Below are positions 25,276 to 37,662 of a DNA stretch of 64,000 bases, piece by piece; position 1 is the stretch's first letter; every line of letters begins with the position of its first letter. A model generated the notes under the pieces. It did not search any database. It was not told where the DNA came from and was given only the letters and a program-made list of their open reading frames with translations. A program made the translations under genes and the position numbers. The stretch spans positions 70,432,001-70,496,000 of the forward strand of contig OZ024740.1 of NCBI GenBank assembly GCA_964016885.1. The letters are read 5' to 3'. This stretch comes from Eledone cirrhosa (taxonomy: Eukaryota).

Positions 25276-28200
25276 ATGGCCAATATAAGAGTTGGATGTG
25301 TGAATGCACGCGGCTTGGGGATGTCCTGGAAACAGGGCAAACTCTTAAATGACCTCAGGTCGCACAGAGTGGATGTAATGGTTATTTGCGAGTACAGGAT
25401 CAGAAGCGAGCGCCAACTGGCCCCCATCTTCGACGACTTTGACATCTACGCATCTCTCTGTCAGCCGAGGGGTGGGGGTGGTGTTGTCGTTCTGCTGCTA
25501 AAATACCTGGGTCTTGGTACACCTGGACTCGGAGGGTCGACTGGTGGTTTTAGACGTCGGCAGTGGAGAAGGTGGAGCTTTCAGGCTGGTGGCAGCGTAT
25601 GCCCCATCTGGGACACCACGACCGGACTTCTTCCGACGCCTGGAGAATTTCCTGGGAACGTCTCGCTCCTTGCTTTTAGTGGGGGACTGGAATGGTATCC
25701 TGGATGCACGTTGGGACTATGTAGGGGCATGTCCCGATAGAGGGGGTGTAACAGCCTCAAACGATTAATCGGCCGATTTGATCTGGCCGATAGATATCGA
25801 CTGGATTTTTCGACTATGCCACGGTGGACGTGGAGTAATCGCAGCGGAACATCCAGGTCGTACCTAGATAGGTTCCTAGTTAGAAATAAGGATAGGGACA
25901 TATTAAGCTGTCCACGAATGTTCATGGTTGACTATTCGGATCACAAGTTGGTGACCGGAGTGGTCAACCTTGATAGAACTCATAGACAGGGACCCGGTTA
26001 CTGGAAGCTAAACTTGTCTTTACCGACAAACAAAGCTTACAGTAAGCGGATTAGCACACTAGTTAAGCAGCGTTTGACGGGGGCAATTGTCAATAACAGG
26101 TGGTGGGGCTCTCTCAAGAGAGAAATTAGAATAGAATCGATAGGTTTTAGTCGGGAATTAGCATCAGATAGGAATAGAACTGAAAGGGAATTAACAAATA
26201 GAGTAGAAGAGGCGATTAGGAGTGGCAACGTGGCCGGCGTGCTGGCGTCAAGAACGGCCCTAGACCAGTTCTTTGATGCGAAGCACGAGGGCTGCGTTGT
26301 CAGGAGTAAAATACGTGCTCTGGGTAACGAGGGAGCCAAAGCTGTTAGCTGGGCCCGAGTGACAGAGGCAAAAAGTAGAAACAAGTCCACGATTCGGTCT
26401 TTGAAGGACAGGATGGACGCGTGATCCTTGAACCTGAGCGGATGAGCGCGGCCTTTCAACGGCGCTTTGCACGACTGTTAGGGAGGGGCGGCGGGCCGGG
26501 TGGGGCCATGGATTTCGGTCCATACCTCGACGGTCTGGCGCGGCTCTCGGACGGGGAGGCGAAGTCCTGCGAGAGGCCGATTTCAGCCGCTGAAATAGGG
26601 GAAGCGCTGAGCCAATGCGTCAAACGCAAATCTCCGGGTCTCGATGGTCTACCATACGAACTTTATGTAGCGATGCCGGGCTTGTTCTCCGGTCTCCTCG
26701 AGGCGGTCTACTGCAACTGGCAACAGAACGGGAGAATTCCCAGTTCTGTGACCAAGGGCGTAGTCACGCTGGTGAGGAAGGACGAGAACAAGGGGGATGA
26801 CATAGATAACTTCAGGCCCATAACTCTGCTAAACACAGAGTTAAAGATTTTGGCCAAGGTGTTAGCGAAGAGGTTGGCGCTTGTCGTCGGGAACCTGGTG
26901 GGAGAAGCGCAGACATGCGCAATCCCGTCCAGGTCCATACACGACAACCTCCACCTCATGCGATACATCGTAGAGAGGGTAGGGAACGAACCCGGCTTTG
27001 GTGGGGCCCTGATCAACTTGGATCAATCTAAAGCGTTCGATAGGGTTGACCATCGGTACCTGGATGCGGTGCTCGCGGCGGCAGCTTCGGACCCGTTTTC
27101 AAGGGCTGGATTGCTGCAATGCACAGCAGCAACACCTGCTCGAGGGTCAAGGTGAACGGCTACCTCTCGGAGCCGTTCCAAATCACGCGATCCATTCGAC
27201 AGGGATGCCCTCTCTCCTCCCTCCTGTATGTGCTGGCGCTCGAGCCACTACTGAGGAAGCTGGAGCTGTTGCAGGGCGGTGTTGCGGAAAGCGGTGTCGG
27301 CCTACGCCGATGACGTGACAGTAATGGTGTCGTGCGCCTCGGAAATCGGGCAGATCGGCACCTTACTGGAGGAATATGAAAGGTTCACAGGAGCCAAGCT
27401 GAACCGGGACAAGTCCGTCGGTTTGCAACTCGGGACGTGGAGGGGCAAAACGATGCCCTCCGACGGTATCGTCGGACGCTGGACGGAGGGACTGGTGAAG
27501 CTGCTCGGGGTCTGATTCGGACCGGACCTCCAGGTGGAGAAAAACTGGGACGAGGTAACGAGCAAGGTGTTTGCACTCGCGCAGAAGTGGGCCGAGTGCA
27601 AACTATCCCTGAAAGGTCGAGCGGAGGTGGCGAACGCTTATATAGCGTCTGTCATCTACTACCGCTTGACCGTCGTGCCTTGCCCAGAGAAAACACTCGC
27701 CAAAATGGAGCGCGCGCTCTTCCGATTTCTTTGGAAGAAGCGGGCTCCTTTGGTGAGAAGATCCATCTGCTGTCAACACCCTTCGAACGGAGGGCTGGGG
27801 TTGCCGTGGATGACGATACGTAGATACGCATTAAGGCTACGGCACCTCCAGGTATTCCTCACCGGTCAGCCGGTGTGGGCCCTGTTTGTGAGGCGAGCCT
27901 TTCCGAGACTCGTCTCACTCACCGAGCTGCAATCCTGGGTCAAGCAAAGACCGAGAAAAGTGGGCGACTGGCACGTTGAATGTGCCCAGGCGCTGACGGC
28001 CCTCTAGCAAGCGGATCCGGCAATCAGTGGAGACTCAACCTCAACATTCTATAGAGGGTTGGTGCGCAGTAAGTGCGACGAAGCTTTCGGAGAGGCTCTG
28101 GGCATGGAGGAAGACGAGCTGGCCAGTCTGTTCGGTAGGACGTTTGGCCCGGGACCGATGGACAACTTCCAAAAGTCCCTGGCTTGGCAATGTTACCGAG

Positions 28201-28685
28201 GAGCTCTACCCGTTCGGGACAAGCTCTACAGACACGGGCGCCCGGGTAGGAACCCCTCGAAGAAGATCTGTCCAAGATTCGTGCGTGACAAGGAAACCGT
28301 GGCACATGCATTCGTACACTGCCCGGGCGTTGCTGACCTTTGGGGCTATGTAGAATGACTACTGTCGCGGGTGGGACCAATCCGGTTGACCACCGAGAAC
28401 ATTGTCACGATCAAACCGCCTCCCCCTTTCAAAAACGAAGGAGAGGCGGTTTTCCTCTGTGTGATAGCCATGGCGAAAGAAGTTGTATGGTGGACAAGGT
28501 TGAAAGGGCTGAGGTCAGACACCTATCTCTCCGGCCAACAACTGGTCTTTTTTTTCAAGTACCACTTTAGAAGAAGGATCAGAATGGAGAGAGAGGTGCT
28601 CTACCCCAGCAAGTTTTATGAAAGATGGGTGAAAGTAGCGAGAATGGCCCGAGTGAATGGGCCTTCTCTCTATATCAGCCTGTAG
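25276..28685 (+). pseudogene. ORF2 (APE-RT) with multiple frameshifts and stops
   Basis: Motifs GDWN, SDH, FRPITLLN, DQSKAFDRV, QGCPLS, YADD and CPR...H..C across the ORF pieces. Confidence 0.92.
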
Positions 28686-29094
28686 GTGAGAGGGGAGAAG
28701 AATGAGAAGAGGAAGGAAGCACCCGCTCTTTGTGCTCCTGAAGAGGAGGTTTGCACATTTTTTCGGCGGTGTGTGCGACCCATGTCAACGCCCCTCCCTA
28801 TTGAGGACATCGATTGTTAAATTTAATTTGTTATATGTTTTTTACATGTCTTTTTAAATGTATGTAAACTCCCCCCTTTGTATTTGTCCCAATCTTTGAT
28901 GCCCTGGTGGCAAATATATAGAAATATATATTAATTCACGCCAAACTTTCCCCCTCTTTATATCAATTACCACCAAACTAGCAATTGGCAAATAGTGATA
29001 TGTGGAGAAAAAGTTATGACATGATAAAAAAATTTACTATGAGAGTTAACATAATATATTACAAGGTTATTATCAAATATCAATCAAGATATAA

Positions 29095-29243
29095 AAAAAC
29101 TTCGATATGCGATAAACATAACATGTATATAAATTGTAGCCCATATACAAATGGATGAGTGTTTTGGGAGTTTGGGGAGAAAAATATAACTATTGGGAAT
29201 TGGGTTGCGCGCCCCCCCCCCCCCCCAGTTCCACTGCCCCTGT
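29095..29243 (-). mobile_element. Partial hAT-like MITE copy
   Basis: Ends GTTCCACTGCCCCTG-TA; inverse of 1636-1762. Confidence 0.55.
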
Positions 29244-30712
29244 ATATATATATATATATTGTGTGTGCATGTGGGTGGGGGTGGGGCCGTGCCTGTGTCT
29301 AGAATTACTTTTTGTATATATCCTGGTGCAACCAAACATATCGAGTTTTGGTAATGACATTAGCAGAATATAAGCAGAATATAAGAACCAAACCAACAAG
29401 ACACCCCTTTTTTACTCTAAGACAAACGGCATCAACCCGAAACGTTAGACTCTTCCTTGCAGTAACTGAATTTATTAAACTCTTTTAGTAACTGTCATTT
29501 ATGATAATATACCTCTTGCAGAATTGCCCAGTTTTTAAAGTGTGTTTTTTTCTTCTTTCTTTAAATTATTATTTCAAACAGATATTATTGAAATACATCA
29601 GATTTACAATGGATTGTTTCATTACAAATGATGGTATATATAAAACTGGCGTCATGTTTGGAAGTTCCAAAAGATATATCTAAAAGAGTAAAGTAAATCA
29701 TACACTCAAGATCAAAATAGAATTCAACATTTAATACGAATTCTAAAATAGATATCGCTCAGTATGGACTTGTTGATGAAATTCAGTGGAGTGGAATTGT
29801 GTGATTATGTTTTATTATGCGAGATATATATTACTGTTTAATCAGAGAGAAAAGGACAGTGCCCACGACTATTTTCAGAACCTCTGATACCGATGGGAGA
29901 GAGAGAGAGGTAGGGAGGAAGGAAGATACTCTTAAACTAGAGACTAGGCCCGTATACTTGCAACAGCGTGGACTCTAAATGCATCCGAAAGCTAGATGGT
30001 GGTGTAAAACTGAATGATGCATTAAGTATACCATCTAGGTAGGCCTCATCGGGATTTGATGTCAAATCATGGTGTGCCGGAACAAATACCACAAAACATG
30101 TCGTCCAGTGATCTAATAATTATGCAAATTATGCTATTTCTATTGTATTGAGTATTCCTGTTTGGCTTTATTGAACAGAAAGTTGTTTGGAATGTGGTTA
30201 TCACTATCGTTGACTCATAACATTTTACGCAGCAATTGACCTTTGCAGAAAATCATGGAAGGATCAATTAAATACGATTTAATTTTCGTGTTTACAATCG
30301 AATTGAAACTTAACATGATTAGGAAAAAATGAAGAGAATTATTTACAGTAAATTTCATAGCCATTTTTCAAAATGAAAGTTAATAGTGACTTTACTTGAG
30401 CGAAAATTATATAGTGTAATTGAATTAAACAATGGGCAATTTAACAAATAAATATTGTTTACTATCACAATATTAACTGTATAGGCGAGTACTGCAGAGA
30501 AAAATCTATGATGCTGGTAAGCTAAATTTAAAAACCTATTATTTATATATTTGGTTTTACTTTTTGATCTGGAGAAGTGGTTCCCAGTTTGTAATCCCTG
30601 GAGTGGACCTCCGGTGGTTCGTAAAGTCTCGTCCTGGGAGTCCGTGATCTACGTATAAAATACATATATACGTGTATGTGGGTGTGTGTGTTTGTGTTTG
30701 TGTGAGTGAGTG

Positions 30713-30760
<48 letters not shown>

Positions 30761-31850
30761 TGTGAGTGAGTGTGTGTGTGTGTGTCTGTGTGTGTGTGTG
30801 TGTAATAGAACCATTTATTTAATTACATATTAAGTTGCTTATATATTTCAATTGAGAGATGAAACAGGGAAAACAAGTTTGTTGTTATTTAACAAAATTG
30901 TCTTGTTGAGTAAAAAGACATTTCAAAAACCTGGACTTCTGGTTAAAATTGATTTAAATAAAATGTTCTTTGTTGTAAAAAGGTTAGCAACCATTAATCG
31001 GAGGTTTCGATTAGAATAATATGAAATTTCATGTATTTATTGGTATTTACAGAATATTGTAGTTTATTTCCAAGATTTCAATCTGTTGGCATTAGTCATT
31101 TCTAAGAACACAGTGCCAATTATGCATACATTTAAAGAACAGAAGGTGAAATATGTTAGACAGTTACCTCCAACCCCACTCAACTATAGGTTTAATCACT
31201 AAATGTCGAAGTGTGGCGTATGGCCAATCAGCTGGGTGAAGATATGGTATAAATGGGAAGAAGGCTCTAAGGATCACATCTCAACGTTTGGCCGATAATA
31301 TTGATACCACAAAACTACTCGGCCAGGGCTTAAGGCTTCATAACAACGACGGCGTTTAAGAGAAGCTTCACATGTCGTTCGGTTTTGCTATTAAAACTTT
31401 GATAATATTTTAATTTATTGTTTTATAAGAAGAAGGGCGGTGTCCATGAAGCTTTTTAAAGCTCTGACACATGTGGTTGGGAGGAAGGGAAGAAGAAAAG
31501 TATCCACAAACTGTAAACCTGGTTCAAGAATTTGTAATAAAGAGTACTTCTCTAAACCAAGCGACGAGTATGTTTACCATTCAAGCAGGCCATAGCAGAA
31601 CGTGAACTCAGAACGCCGACCAGTCAACTGTCCTGGCCTGGTACTTTATTTGATCGACCGCGAATGGCCGAAAGGCAAAATCGAACTCGGTAGGATTTAA
31701 ACTTACAGTGCAGAGAGACTGAACAAGTGTGTAAAGACATTTTGTCTTACGTTCTAACGATTCTACTGAGCCGATTTGCCGTTATTACAATAGGAAACTC
31801 AGTTTTGGCACTATTTAAATTAAAAATGTATAGCTATGTTGTAACCTTTG

Positions 31851-31906
31851 TGTTATTTCACTGAGGAACTGGAATCATATGCTTCCAGTTCCTCAGTGAA
31901 ATAACA
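31851..31906. repeat. Near-perfect 56-bp palindrome
   Basis: TGTTATTTCACTGAGGAACTGGAA-tcatatgc-TTCCAGTTCCTCAGTGAAATAACA. Confidence 0.9.
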
Positions 31907-31993
31907 ACCCAACCAGGAACTGGGCATATCAGAGTATTGACAAAATTATATACCTCAACAACATATGTACTTGTCTATACCACACTAATTCGG

Positions 31994-32048
31994 ACTGCCT
32001 GAAGAGGTCACAGCCAAAGATGGCTGTCACCGAAATATATATAGCAGT
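31994..32048 (+). ncRNA. Type I hammerhead ribozyme
   Basis: ACUGC-CUGAAGA-GGUcACAGCCA-aaga-UGGCUGUcACC-GAAA-UAUAUA-UA-GCAGU. Perfect 5-bp helix I, long helix II, palindromic helix III, AUA cleavage triplet. Confidence 0.88.
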
Positions 32049-32093
32049 AATAAACGAAGCTAAATTTTAAACATTTGACTTTTTATTTTACTT

Positions 32094-32150
<57 letters not shown>

Positions 32151-32156
32151 TCAAAG

Positions 32157-32864
32157 ATGACTCTAAAAACCGGTTTGTCTGTGTGTTTACATACAGAATA
32201 GCTGGCCACTCACAGTAAAGTGATCAGTGAAAAAAAACTTGGTACATCTACATATGTATACGTGTGTGTATTCATATACATACTAGTATTTCAGTATACA
32301 TATATGGATGTACATCTTTGACTTAATTGTTTGAGCGTCAGTCATACAAAAGTGAGTTACAAACGAAACGAAATTTAATTTCGTTTCGTTATTTGTTTTT
32401 ATCGTCTCCGTTGAACCGGTACTTACTCACACTCTATGCAAGTTGGTCTGCCCACTACTAATTTTCATAGAAAAAGCATATAGCGATATGTGCTTTTACG
32501 ATTCTCTAGAGAGGCCGGAAGATAGGTAAATATTGCTGATGAGTTGTAACAACAACGAAACTAGTTCAATATTCCTTGTCTGGCTTTCTGGAGAATAGAG
32601 GAAAGGTGTTTCCTCAAAAACCAGTATGACTCTAAAAACCGGTTTGTCTGTGTGTTTACATACAGAATAGCTGGCCACTCACAGTAAAGTGATCAGTGAA
32701 AAAAAACTTGGTACATCTACATATGTATACGTGTGTGTATTCATATACATACTAGTATTTCAGTATACATATATGGATGTACATCTTTGACTTAATTGTT
32801 TGAGCGTCAGTCATACAAAAGTGAGTTACAAACGAAACGAAATTTAATTTCGTTTCGTTATTTG

Positions 32865-32871
<7 letters not shown>
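32157..32871 (+). mobile_element. Non-coding 1.5-mer tandem element (469-nt period) carrying a hammerhead; retrozyme- or pseudo-LTR-like
   Basis: 32157-32402 is repeated at 32626-32871. (TA)n on both sides. The hammerhead lies in the single-copy part. Confidence 0.8.
32529..32573 (+). ncRNA. Type I hammerhead ribozyme (fully canonical core)
   Basis: AAUAUUG-CUGAUGA-GUUGU-aaca-ACAAC-GAAA-CUAG-UU-CAAUAUU. 7-bp helix I, 5-bp helix II, palindromic AACUAGUU helix III, GUU cleavage triplet. Confidence 0.92.
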
Positions 32872-32899
<28 letters not shown>

Positions 32900-32929
32900 T
32901 ATATGAGTATGTTGTATGTGAATGTATAC

Positions 32930-33763
32930 ATATATATAATGTGTGTATGTGTGTATATCTGTGTGAGGTCTGTGTGTATATGTGTGTCTATATAAGTCTG
33001 TGTGTGGGGAGATGTGTACATGTGTGTGTGTGTGTGTATGAGTCTGTGAGTCTCTGTGTGCATGTCTGTGTGTGTGTATGTGTGTGAGTCTGTGTATATG
33101 TGTGTGTGTGTGTGTCAGTACGAGTCTTTGAGAGTCAGTTTGTATGTGTGTGAGTCTGTGTGTGTGTATGTGTGTGTATATATGTGTCTGTATGTATGTG
33201 TGTGTGAGTTTCTGTGTGTCTATGTGTGTGTGTATGTGTGTGTATATGTGTGTCTGTAAGTATGATGAGTCAGAGTGTATGTGTATGCGCGTCTCTGTGT
33301 ATGTGTGTGTGTGTATGTGTGTGTATCTGTGTGTCTGTATGTATGAGTCTGTGTGTATGTGTGTGTGAGTCTGTGAGTGTGTGTGTGAGTCTCTGTGTGT
33401 GTGTATGTGTCTGTCTGTGTGTGTGTGTATGTGTCTGTCTGTATGTGTGTAAGTGTGTGTGAGTCTGTATGTGTGTGTGTGTGTGTGAGTCTGTGTGTGT
33501 GTGTGTGTCTGTCTGTGAGTCAGTGTGTGTGTGTGTCTGTATGTGTGTGTGTATGTGTGTGTGAGTCTCTCTCTATGTGTGTGTGTGTGTGTCTGTCCGT
33601 GTGTGTGTGTATGTGTGTAATGTGTGGGTATGCGTGTGTGTCTCTCTCTATGTGCGTGTGTGACTGTCTGTCTGTGTGTGTGTGTGTGAGAGAGTCTGTG
33701 TGTGTGTCTCTGTGTGTATGTGTGTGTAATGTGTGAAATGTGTGTGTATGTGTGTGTGAGTTT

Positions 33764-33812
<49 letters not shown>

Positions 33813-34390
33813 GTACGCAGTGACTTCTACTTCCAGTTAAAATGAACCAGAACAGCGACACATCTTCTCTGTCTCTTCTGAAGCCATTGTCTCGATATCG
33901 TTCAACACACTTCATCAATTAGGTTAACTTTGAATTTCAATCGGACATTAAACAGCCTTCTCCTTCTTAACGAACGGTCGAAGCAAACACACACACACAC
34001 ACACACACATACACACACAGACACACACAGAGATACACAGAGACACACAAACACAGATACGCACAGCGGCACACACAGACACATACACAGACACACACAG
34101 AGACACACACAGAGACACACACATACACACGCAGACACACGCAGACACACACATATACACACATACACACACCAGACACAAACACACAGACACACACATA
34201 CACACACACAGACACACACATACACACACAGAGGCACACACATACACACACACAGACACACACATACACACACAGAGACACACACATACACACACACAGA
34301 CATACACACATACACGCACACACACACACTAACACACATAAATGCACTTACACAAAGTTCACATGTATACTCATGCATGTGCACTCAGAA

Positions 34391-34422
<32 letters not shown>

Positions 34423-34460
34423 ACATACCTACACACCCACATACACACATGAATGCACTT
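32930..34460. repeat. Degenerate (TG)n tract followed by a (CA)n tract
   Basis: TG-rich 32930-33810 and CA-rich 33985-34460, with a unique ~175-bp spacer between them. Confidence 0.9.
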
Positions 34461-34832
34461 ACACATACACACAAGTACATTTAAGTACACATGTATACCC
34501 ATGCATGTACACTCACATAAACAAACACACACATACATCTACACACTCCCGCCCATGTTCACGCACGTATATACATCCACATGTACCTACAAACACATAC
34601 ACACGCACATATATATCAAACATGTATATCAAACACCAATATCTACATCCACATATACAATGACATATAAATGTATAAACTCACACATACATCCAGACGC
34701 CTTTACGTACACACTTAAATACACACACACTCGCAATTGTATATATTCAGGTATACATACACACAGAAACATAACTCTCCACACACATATATATTAGTAT
34801 ATATATATATATACGTTTATTCTCATATTTAC

Positions 34833-34895
<63 letters not shown>

Positions 34896-35029
34896 TACAC
34901 ACACATATACACATATATGCACATATATCCACATATACATGTACACATATCCACGTGCATTCTGCCATCCACGCACACACTCGTTATTCTCATAGACTTT
35001 GATATTTATCTGAATAAAAACAGATCACG

Positions 35030-36442
35030 GAGGTGGTGGGGGGTTGATAATGGTGATGATGGTGGTGATGGTGGTGATGATGGTGCTGGTGATGGTGGTG
35101 GTGATGGAAGCGATGGTGGGGGCGATGGTGATGATTGTGGTGGTGGTAGTGGTGGTGTGGTTGTGGTTGTGGTGTGATGGTGGTGGTGGTGGTGGTGGTG
35201 TGATGGTGGTGGTGGTGGTGGTGGTGGTGTGATGGTGGTGATGGTGGTGGTGGTGGTGGTGGTGGTGGTGGTGGTGGTGGTGGTGTGATGGTGGTGGTGT
35301 GATGGTGGTGGTGGTGTTGTGATGGTGGTGGGGTGATGGTGGTGGTGGTGGTGGTGTTGTGATGGTTGTGGTGGTGGTGTGATGGTGTGATGGTGGTGGT
35401 GGTGGTGTGATGGTGGTGGTGTGATGGTGGTGGTGGTGTTGTGATGGTGGTAGGGTGATGGTGGTGGTGGTGGTGGTGTTGTGATGGTTGTGGTGGTGGT
35501 GTGATGGTGTGATGGTGGTGGTGGTGGTGTGATGGTGGTGGTGGTGGTGGTGGTGGTGGTGTGATGGTGGTGGTGGTGGTGGTGTGATGGTGGTGGTGCT
35601 GGTGGTGGTCGTGGTGATGTGATGGTGGTGGTGTGATGGTGGTGGTGTGATGGTGGTGGTGGTGGTGGTGGTGGTGTGATGGTGGTGGTGGTGGTGGTTG
35701 TGATGGTGTGATGTGGTGGTGGTAGTGTTGGTGGTGGTGGTGTGATGGTGGTGTGATGGCGGTAGTGTTCGTGGTGGTGGTGGTGGTGTGATGGTGGTGG
35801 TGGTGGTGGTGGTGGTGGTGTGATTGTGGTGGAATGGTGGTGGTGGTGTGGTGGTGTGATGGTAGTGGTGTGGTGGTGGTGGTGGTGGTGGTGGTGTGAT
35901 GGTGGTGGTAATGGTGGTGGTGGTGGTGGTGTGATGGTGGTGGTGGTGTGATGGTGGTGGTGGTGGTGGTGGTGTGATGGTGGTGGTGTGATGGTGGTGG
36001 TGGTGGTGTTGGTGAAGTTGAAAGTAACGAGATTGATCTTGATCATGATGGGAATAGAGGAGGATTTAATAATGATACTCGTGATCATAATTATGGTATG
36101 TGTATTGTAGATGGTGATGGTGATGGTGATGGTAATGGTGATGGTGATGGTGATGGTGGTGGTGGTGGTAATGGTGATGGTGATGGTGATGGTGGTGGTA
36201 ATGGTGATGGTGATGGTGATGGTAATGGTAGTTGTTGTAATGGTGATGGTAATGGTGATGGTGATGGTGGTGGTGGTGGTAATGGTGATGGTGATGGTGA
36301 TGGTGGTGGTGGTGGTAATGGTGATGGTGATGGTGATGGTGATGGTGATGGTAGTTGTTGTAATGGTGGTGGTGGTAGTAATTTATTGCTGATGATCTGG
36401 TGGTGATTACGTCAGGATGCAGAGAGTAATGTTAGAATTGTT

Positions 36443-36474
<32 letters not shown>

Positions 36475-36575
36475 GGTGATGATGATGGTGATGGTGATGG
36501 TGATGAGGATGATGATGATGATGATGATGATGAGGAGGAGGAGGAGGAGGAGGAGGAGGAGGAGGAGGAGGAAGA
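35030..36575. repeat. (GGT)n/(GAT)n/(GAG)n trinucleotide low-complexity region
   Basis: Direct inspection. Confidence 0.95.
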
Positions 36576-37062
36576 GATTATGCTGGTGGTTCTGTTAGTG
36601 GTTGCTTCGTGCTGATACACTTGATAAGGGTTGAAGTAATAGACATAGCTGGTATAGATGATGATAATGATGATTATGATGACAATGATAGTAGTCGTAT
36701 AGTGGCGAGGTGGGGTTAAGAGGCTTGGAGGGGACGGATGTGTGACTGTGTTAGAAACATCAACGCAACCAACATTCAGCTTTATCACCTGACCATAACA
36801 TTTTGAAATGAAGATTTGTGTGGCCCTTAGGGAGCTTGGCAGAATGATTCGAGGGTCGGGCGAAATACACTGCAGCATTTAAATACGGCTTTTTATGTTT
36901 TCATTTCAAACCCTGCCAAAATCAATTTTGGCGTTTATCTTTTCCAGGTGGATAAAATAAAGTACCAGTTATGTACTGGGCCAATGTAATCTACTTTTCC
37001 TGTTCATCACCACCCTTACAAACATTGTTGTTCTTCTGACTAATTTACCATCAATTAATTAT

Positions 37063-37246
37063 TTGCAGCATAGAGTTATGGCCCTTTACGTTCTAAGTTC
37101 AAATCCCGCCGATGTTAGCTTTGCCTTTCATCCTTACAGGGTCGATAAAATAAAGCACCAGTAATGAACTGGGGGTCGATTTAATCGACTTTCCACTCCC
37201 CTTCAAATTGCTGGCCTTGTGCCTAAAGTTGAAACAATTATTATTA
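37063..37246 (+). mobile_element. SINE family S1 (5'-truncated)
   Basis: S1 body and tail. Confidence 0.8.
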
Positions 37247-37289
37247 TTTGAAACTTAGGCAATGACCGAAAGAATACGATCGCGAATAC

Positions 37290-37662
37290 CAGCGGCCGAA
37301 ATGGGGTTTCTCCGAATGGTTTGGAGCAGCACTAGTCGATAGAGTGCGTACCTCGGAGATCAGGGAATCACTCCGAATTGAGAGATCGTAGCTCCGATGC
37401 TAAGGGCATGTGGTTGGAATGTCTCAGGAAATTATGGATGGACAGATTTCATTGGCAAAACCAACTGGCAGGAGACCTAGGGGTAGACCCCGAGCAAGAT
37501 GGTCGGATAACATCCATGAGCTTGGTTGGTCTTGGTTGGGGATCCAGCTGGATCAGTTCGAGACGGTTGCTTCTGAAAGGAGTATTTGAGGCCTCTGCCC
37601 CAACAACTCTCTCAAGAAGAAGAAGAAGAAGAAGAAGAAGAAGAAGAAGAAGAAGAAGAAGA
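37290..37662 (+). mobile_element. RTE LINE 3' fragment with (AGA)n tail
   Basis: Inverse homolog of 12836-13215 and 9640-9870. Confidence 0.8.

Larger units (their letters stand above)
23272..28924 (+). mobile_element. Tx1/L1-clade LINE, family A copy 2, near full length and decayed
   Basis: ORF1 has a CYHCLSRGHLRAAC gag knuckle. ORF2 has APE, RT and a zinc knuckle. The 3' UTR ends CCCTGGTGGCAAATATATAGAAA. Confidence 0.95.

Noticed and set aside
35006-36878. 360-aa Pro/His/Thr ORF and neighbouring Gly/Asp or Ser-rich ORFs
   Set aside because: These are translations of (GGT)n/(GAT)n microsatellites with no domain content.
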